From NCBI RefSeq assembly GCF_009914755.1, contig NC_060933.1: a stretch of DNA of 64,000 bases; one strand, given 5' to 3'. The notes under the pieces were generated by a model. The model had not been told where the DNA came from. It made no database searches and worked only from the letters and a program-made list of their open reading frames with translations. This DNA comes from the human T2T-CHM13v2.0 reference genome, Homo sapiens. This document shows, piece by piece, positions 59,474-64,000 of the stretch (position 1 is the stretch's first letter; every line of letters starts with the position of its first letter). Made by a program: the position numbers and the translations under genes.

Positions 59474-61646
59474 GATACTTCTCCATTTCCTTTTGTTCCA
59501 ACTATTATCCCGTCAAACTTTGCATTTTATTCCTTTCAGTATCCCAGAATTTAAAATGACTTCTTTTGCTTTATTTCCATTTGGAGGAAGAGGGAATTTG
59601 GGCAGTCTCTTGGCAAAAGGAATATTTGACCCAGTGTTTATTTGGAGAGAAGAAACTCACAGTAACACAGCACTTCCCAGTATTACAGCTGTTGCCAGCA
59701 ATATGAGAAATAGAGCAATCTCTCGATTCTCAGCCTTTCTTGGATCCTCGTCTGGAAGGAGAAACAGGAAAATATGAAAGTGAGTTTTGGAGAAGAGAAA
59801 TAGCTTGTGACATTTATTCAGAATAGAAAACTCTTTTAACCTCAGTTTGCCCTGTTTACTACTTCATCACTGTTCCATGCTTATTTTGACCTTTATTACT
59901 TTTAGTCTCCTAGGTTCTACAAAACTGTTGCTGATAGCTGTCAGCAAAATTCTTCCCAGCCTAATTTCTTCATTCCAAGCCTAGCCTCTTCATTTCTCAG
60001 CCTTTCAGTTGATTCAGTGCCAAATTATTTATACTGGTCAAAATTTCACCCAACACCCTAGCTCCATTTTGTAACACTACCATGACCTCCATTAAAGGTC
60101 ATGTAGTGACCCAACAAATACATGTAGAATAAATCAGTGAGCAACCCTGCTCCTTAATCCCTGTCCCTTCAAAATTCCATACCATGATCTTTGTTACCTC
60201 CACAATATTCTCCTTTGAAGCACCTGTTAGTCATGCGAAGACACGTCCAACAATCAAGAATGGGACCTTCAACCACAACTGATAAAGAGGAGAAGAAAGA
60301 TAATCAGAAAGAGGGCATGGCACGAGGGTTCCTTAGTCATACATCAAGTGTGGAGGATTTGATCTCAAGCATTCCCAGGACTCTCAAGTTTGCATTGCTG
60401 TGAATTTCTTCTTCTCCTAGAAATCAAGTTTCTTGATGGATCAAAATCTGTAAGTCTGATCTCCAGGAAAAAGCGGGAAAAGGATGCCTCAGCTTATACT
60501 GGGGCAATGGGTTGTAAACCATATGTTAGAAGGCCTCCTAGTACCTCAAAAATATGTGGGGTGTCTGAGATTTCATGAGCTAGGTTTCGTTATCAGGTAT
60601 TGTTGACGTTACCCCTTGTAACCACAGCTCTAGGAATTGGTTTCCCAGTGTAACAGGTGGGAGAGATAGGGCCATATAGAGCAAAGGAGATGGGAAAATA
60701 TGGGCTGAAACCTCAAGGCGTCACATGTACTGTACTCACTGCAATCTTCAGAACAAGCTAGAAGAGAATCAGAAAGTTCTAATGAGTTTAAAACCAGCTA
60801 CAGTTTGCCATATTTATACCCAAGTAGTCTTTGTTTACCCTTTAAGTTCCAGTTACCTCTCCACCCATTCTAAATAACTCTATTATGAACTTGCATTTCT
60901 TCCCTCATCCCGCATTTTCTATTCCCTTCATATAACTTCAGTGCTGTTATATAGAAAGTTTTACTTACCAATTTCAGAGAAGTTCTTTAGTAATTCTTTC
61001 AGTTTGGATTCCAGGTTTTGGCAGACATCGAGAAGCTTGCCTTGATAGATAAAGACACCTAAGAGGGAGTGGAAGGGGTGTCAAAAAATAGAAGTAGCTC
61101 TTCCCTTCAGAAGTTAATTATGTCTGTTTTTATCTTTGTTTTCCCCAGCCAAATTTTCTGAGGCTTGCTTGAGCAATACAAACTTTTAACATTGAAACAG
61201 TACCTCACCTTTCCATGTTTCATTGCCCAGTTTATAAAATTCATTCTTCAACCATGTTCTCAACTTAACAACCTGCTGAACAGCTAGAGAGGGAGAGTAA
61301 AGGTACATGTAGGGGAATAATTACATCTATGCAGGAAGTTATGTAGACCCAGGTGTTCTCTTCCTTGCCTCCCTTCTCCGTTTAAGCCCCTGGACTCTCA
61401 GGAACTCAAGCTTCCCTCACCCAACACCCGAAGCCTCTTGTCACTGTGGGAGACCTTGAAGCTTAAATGAATCATCTCCTTAATCTGCCGTTCAAGCAGC
61501 TGAGTTCGGCCGGGGACTTCTGAAGGTATCAGATTTCCCAGCAAGGAGCCAACATCCTCTATAAATTTGGGGTCACATTCTAAACAGCCTTTGACTCCAT
61601 GGAAGGCTGAGAGGGGCAGGAGCAGGAATAACCACAGGTCACCCAT
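59218..61646 (-). CDS. IZUMO3: Izumo sperm-egg fusion protein 3 (spliced CDS, 7 exons, 239 aa type I membrane protein)
   Basis: Exons join in frame through canonical GT-AG introns to give [28 protein letters not shown]...[133 protein letters not shown]...DFRLRK*. Total 720 nt. Signal peptide, Izumo-type CxxC/CxxxC/CxxC cysteines and a TM helix are present. Recognised as human IZUMO3. Confidence 0.97.
59428..59469 (-). repeat. A42 homopolymer in IZUMO3 intron 6 (sense strand)
   Basis: 42 consecutive T on the + strand. Confidence 0.95.
59661..59751 (-). CDS. IZUMO3: IZUMO3 coding exon 6 (91 nt; most of the transmembrane helix)
   Basis: Acceptor ...tccttccAG|ACGAGG, encodes (D)[29 protein letters not shown](L), donor GTGAGT. 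Confidence 0.95.
60198..60278 (-). CDS. IZUMO3: IZUMO3 coding exon 5 (81 nt, phase 1-1)
   Basis: Acceptor ...ctctttatcAG|TTGTGG, encodes (I)[26 protein letters not shown], donor GTAACA. Confidence 0.94.
60740..60757 (-). CDS. IZUMO3: IZUMO3 coding exon 4 (18-nt micro-exon, ACSEDC)
   Basis: ...ttctcttctAG|CTTGTTCTGAAGATTGCA|GTGAGT; supplies the CxxxC motif and keeps frame. Confidence 0.9.
60969..61058 (-). CDS. IZUMO3: IZUMO3 coding exon 3 (90 nt, phase 1-1)
   Basis: Acceptor ...ccctcttAG|GTGTC, encodes (G)[29 protein letters not shown], donor GTAAGT. Confidence 0.95.
61209..61283 (-). CDS. IZUMO3: IZUMO3 coding exon 2 (75 nt, phase 1-1)
   Basis: Acceptor ...tctctAG|CTGTTCAG, encodes (A)[24 protein letters not shown](G), donor GTGAGG. 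Confidence 0.95.
61421..61646 (-). CDS. IZUMO3: IZUMO3 coding exon 1 (226 nt; signal peptide + CLEC)
   Basis: ATG at 61646 in GAAATGG context; MGDLW...KRLRVL+G, then donor GTGAGG at 61420. Lies within track ORF 61398..61784. Confidence 0.96.
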
Positions 61647-61677
61647 TTCTTTCTTCACCCCCGCTCCCCGACAGCAG

Positions 61678-61691
61678 GTTGTCCTGGCAAC
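61678..61691. promoter_or_regulatory. RFX X-box-like motif GTTGTCCTGGCAAC
   Basis: 12/14 match to palindromic X-box GTTGCCATGGCAAC, 32-45 nt upstream of the IZUMO3 ATG. Confidence 0.6.
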
Positions 61692-61793
61692 TACTTCACT
61701 TAGTTCCTTTTCCTTCAAAAATCCGGGAATGAGAGCCTGGTTCTGGATAGTCTGACTCCACTTTTCCCGCTGTTTCCATCCCACTATCGGGCA

Positions 61794-61832
61794 ATCTTTA
61801 GTTGTTTAGTTTAATGATCTTTAGTTGTTTAC
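61794..61832 (-). promoter_or_regulatory. 15-bp direct repeat containing forkhead-like TAAACAA motifs
   Basis: ATCTTTAGTTGTTTA at 61794-61808 and 61817-61831; the second copy reads GTAAACAA on the minus strand. Confidence 0.45.
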
Positions 61833-62364
61833 TGACTATTATCCTTCATTCTAGGAGAGGGAACTGCCAGCTGGGGAGCGGATACCTGAGTTCTGAGTGT
61901 AGAACACCAAGAGATAGAGAAGCCTTGAGCTCACACAAGCAGAGTTCTGTGCAGGCAGATGTCTCAGAAAAAGTGTTTCTTTAGCCCTCTCCCTGACTTG
62001 CATCCTCATGAGACTCTTAAACCCCCTCCTGACCTTCAGAGATGTTTATCATCAGAGATGGGTTATGGAAGTGATCCTATAGAACCTGAGAGATTGCTTA
62101 ACTCAAACTCTGCTTCTACATTAGAGGTAAGAAAAGCCAAGAATATTGAGTTTCTTGCGGGTCTCGGTCCCTACTGGGGCAGTATTGTTGACAAATACTG
62201 GTGGCAGTATTGTTGAGAATAAAGGAGTGAGCATTTATCTAGAATAATATTTGGCAATTTTAATAGACAGTAACATATTTCAGGCTACATTTATCACTAG
62301 GATGATTTTCTAGACATGACTTGTAATCTTTTCCTTTTCTTCTTGCTTTCTTCTCTTTTCTTTC

Positions 62365-62424
62365 CCTTCCTTCCTTCCTTCCTTCCTTCCTTCCTTCCTT
62401 CCTTCCTTCCTTCCTTCCTTCCTT
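62365..62424. repeat. (CCTT)15 / (AAGG)15 tetranucleotide repeat
   Basis: 60 bp perfect repeat just before the pentanucleotide tract. Confidence 0.95.
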
Positions 62425-62435
62425 CTTTCTTTCTC

Positions 62436-62745
62436 CTTTTCTTTTCTTTTCTTTTCTTTTCTTTTCTTTTCTTTTCTTTTCTTTTCTTTTCTTTTCTTTT
62501 CTTTTCTTTTCTTTTCTTTTCTTTTCTTTTCTTTTCTTTTCTTTTCTTTTCTTTTCTTTTCTTTTCTTTTCTTTTCTTTTCTTTTCTTTTCTTTTCTTTT
62601 CTTTTCTTTTCTTTTCTTTTCTTTTCTTTTCTTTTCTTTTCTTTTCTTTTCTTTTCTTTTCTTTTCTTTTCTTTTCTTTTCTTTTCTTTTCTTTTCTTTT
62701 CTTTTCTTTTCTTTTCTTTTCTTTTCTTTTCTTTTCTTTTCTTTT
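62436..62745. repeat. (CTTTT)62 / (AAAAG)62 pentanucleotide repeat
   Basis: 310 bp of uninterrupted CTTTT units counted directly. Confidence 0.97.
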
Positions 62746-63509
62746 CTTCTTTCGAGATGGGATTTCACTCTTGTTGCCCGGGCTGGAGTGCAATGGCATG
62801 ATCTCAGCTCACTTCAACCTCCGCTCCCGGGTTCCAGTGTTTCTCCTGCATCAGCCTCCTGAGTAGCTGGGATTACAGGCATGTGCCATCATGCCTGGCT
62901 TATTTTGTATTTTTAGTAGAGATGAGGTTTCTCCATGTTGGTCAAGCTGGTCTTGAACTCCCGACCTCAGGTGATTCACCCGCCTCGGCCTCCCAAAGTG
63001 CTGGGATTACAGGCATGAGCCACTGTGCCTGGTGATTTCTAATCTTTTTATAGCATTCTTCTTATAGAGAGTGTGGAGTCAGATACTAGAAACAATAGTT
63101 GAGGAATACTGAGTGATGAATCCAATAAAGTTCAGATCCTTTAACAAGTGCATTCTAAAATACTGGCAAAGTATGTAACATATAAAAACATAGTGGTTAT
63201 CATGGGCTTCCCTCTCAGACCACCTACAAGGAAGATGTCCAAATAAACATGTTCTCCTTTCAATGGCCCTTTGAATAAAAATATTCTGTGTTATTTGAAT
63301 AAATTGAGGTTGCTTTTCAGACTCTTAAGAGCACTGGTTACCTCTTTTCTAATACATTGCCTGTATGGCTGTGACCTTCTGGAAACCAGGAAACACTGGC
63401 AATCTACAGGGTTAGTGGTAGAATTTATATTTAAGATATGGGGTGATCACAGTAGAATGTTGTGCGGGAAGTTAAAAGAATTACCATTACTTATACGTCT
63501 ACCAAGTCC

Positions 63510-63720
63510 ATGTGACAGACATTGTGCTAAACATTTCAGGTAGTCACAAATTCTCATGGCGCGCAATCCTTTGGAGATTGTCATTTCTATGTTACTGGTA
63601 AGAAATTGAGACTCAGAGATGTAAAAGAATCCTCGCTGGAAGAATAATTTAGAGTATGAGTTCAGGGTTCAAGCTCATGTCTTGTGTGGTTCCAAACCCT
63701 ATACATTTTACTGCCTCTCA
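63510..63720 (-). mobile_element. MIR fragment
   Basis: GACATTGTGCTAAACATTT...AGAAATTGAGACTCAGAGATGTAA. Confidence 0.6.
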
Positions 63721-64000
63721 ACAACAACTTGCTGGGATAACACAGAAAATTATCTCTTGGAATTTGATAAGTCAAAATATGAAGGCCAATACAGATTACT
63801 TGATTTATGGTTTAAATTAGCATATCTCTGCTCAGATTTTTTTTTTATTCCCTTGGCTAGATGATCTCATTTTTAGAGGATTTCCCAAAAGATTTTCACA
63901 TGCTGAGGTCTGAAGGCAAGTGAGCTAATGGGATTAAATTAACTCTAGATAGTAAAGTTGAAAACTAAAGGGGCTAAAAAATTTGGCAGAGAAGTGGCAA

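Larger units (their letters stand above)
62333..63032 (-). mobile_element. AluSp with a greatly expanded microsatellite tail
   Basis: Body ~62753-63032 with AluSp-type diagnostics (GGTCGGGAG, TGACCAACATGGAGAAAC, CAACAAGAG). Flanked by a diverged TSD TGACTTGTAATCTTTT (62317-62332) / TGATTTCTAATCTTTT (63033-63048). Confidence 0.9.

Noticed and set aside
59493-60578. Plus-strand ORFs antisense to IZUMO3
   Set aside because: Short shadow ORFs with no homology or splice support.
61647-61784. 46-aa N-terminal extension in track ORF 61398..61784
   Set aside because: Starts at GTG; the ATG at 61646 has a strong context and directly begins the signal peptide. The ORF's GEGSLSS end is intron 1 read-through.
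62260-62801. Long K/R/E-rich and F/S/L-rich ORFs (152-179 aa)
   Set aside because: Translations of the (CTTTT)n/(CCTT)n repeat and Alu; stop-free only because of low complexity.

Overview
AT-rich, repeat-dense primate genomic DNA, almost certainly human: it carries a near-consensus AluYa5, and the one gene matches human IZUMO3 as I recall it (9p21.3, from memory). The only supportable protein-coding gene is IZUMO3, on the minus strand near the right end. I reconstructed it by hand as 7 coding exons (61646->59218; 226+75+90+18+81+91+139 = 720 nt = 239 aa + stop), all with GT-AG introns. The product has a signal peptide, Cys-rich Izumo domain, one TM helix and a charged cytoplasmic tail. The first ~58 kb is gene desert with transposon fossils: a complete THE1 (ERVL-MaLR) provirus with a GTAAG target-site duplication, two 5'-inverted (twin-primed) L1 insertions, about ten Alus including nested ones, an ERV1 solo LTR, hAT-Charlie MITEs, and MIR/L2/L1M remnants. 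The most notable observations cluster at IZUMO3: a pure (AAAAG)62 + (AAGG)15 tract grown from an AluSp tail ~0.7-1.1 kb upstream of the ATG (RFC1-like architecture); an RFX X-box plus duplicated forkhead motif; a strong-Kozak uORF; an 18-nt micro-exon carrying a CxxxC motif; an AATAAA overlapping the stop codon; and an intronic A42 run. I found no convincing new multi-gene system. Repeat subfamily calls come from remembered consensus sequences, and old-repeat boundaries are approximate.
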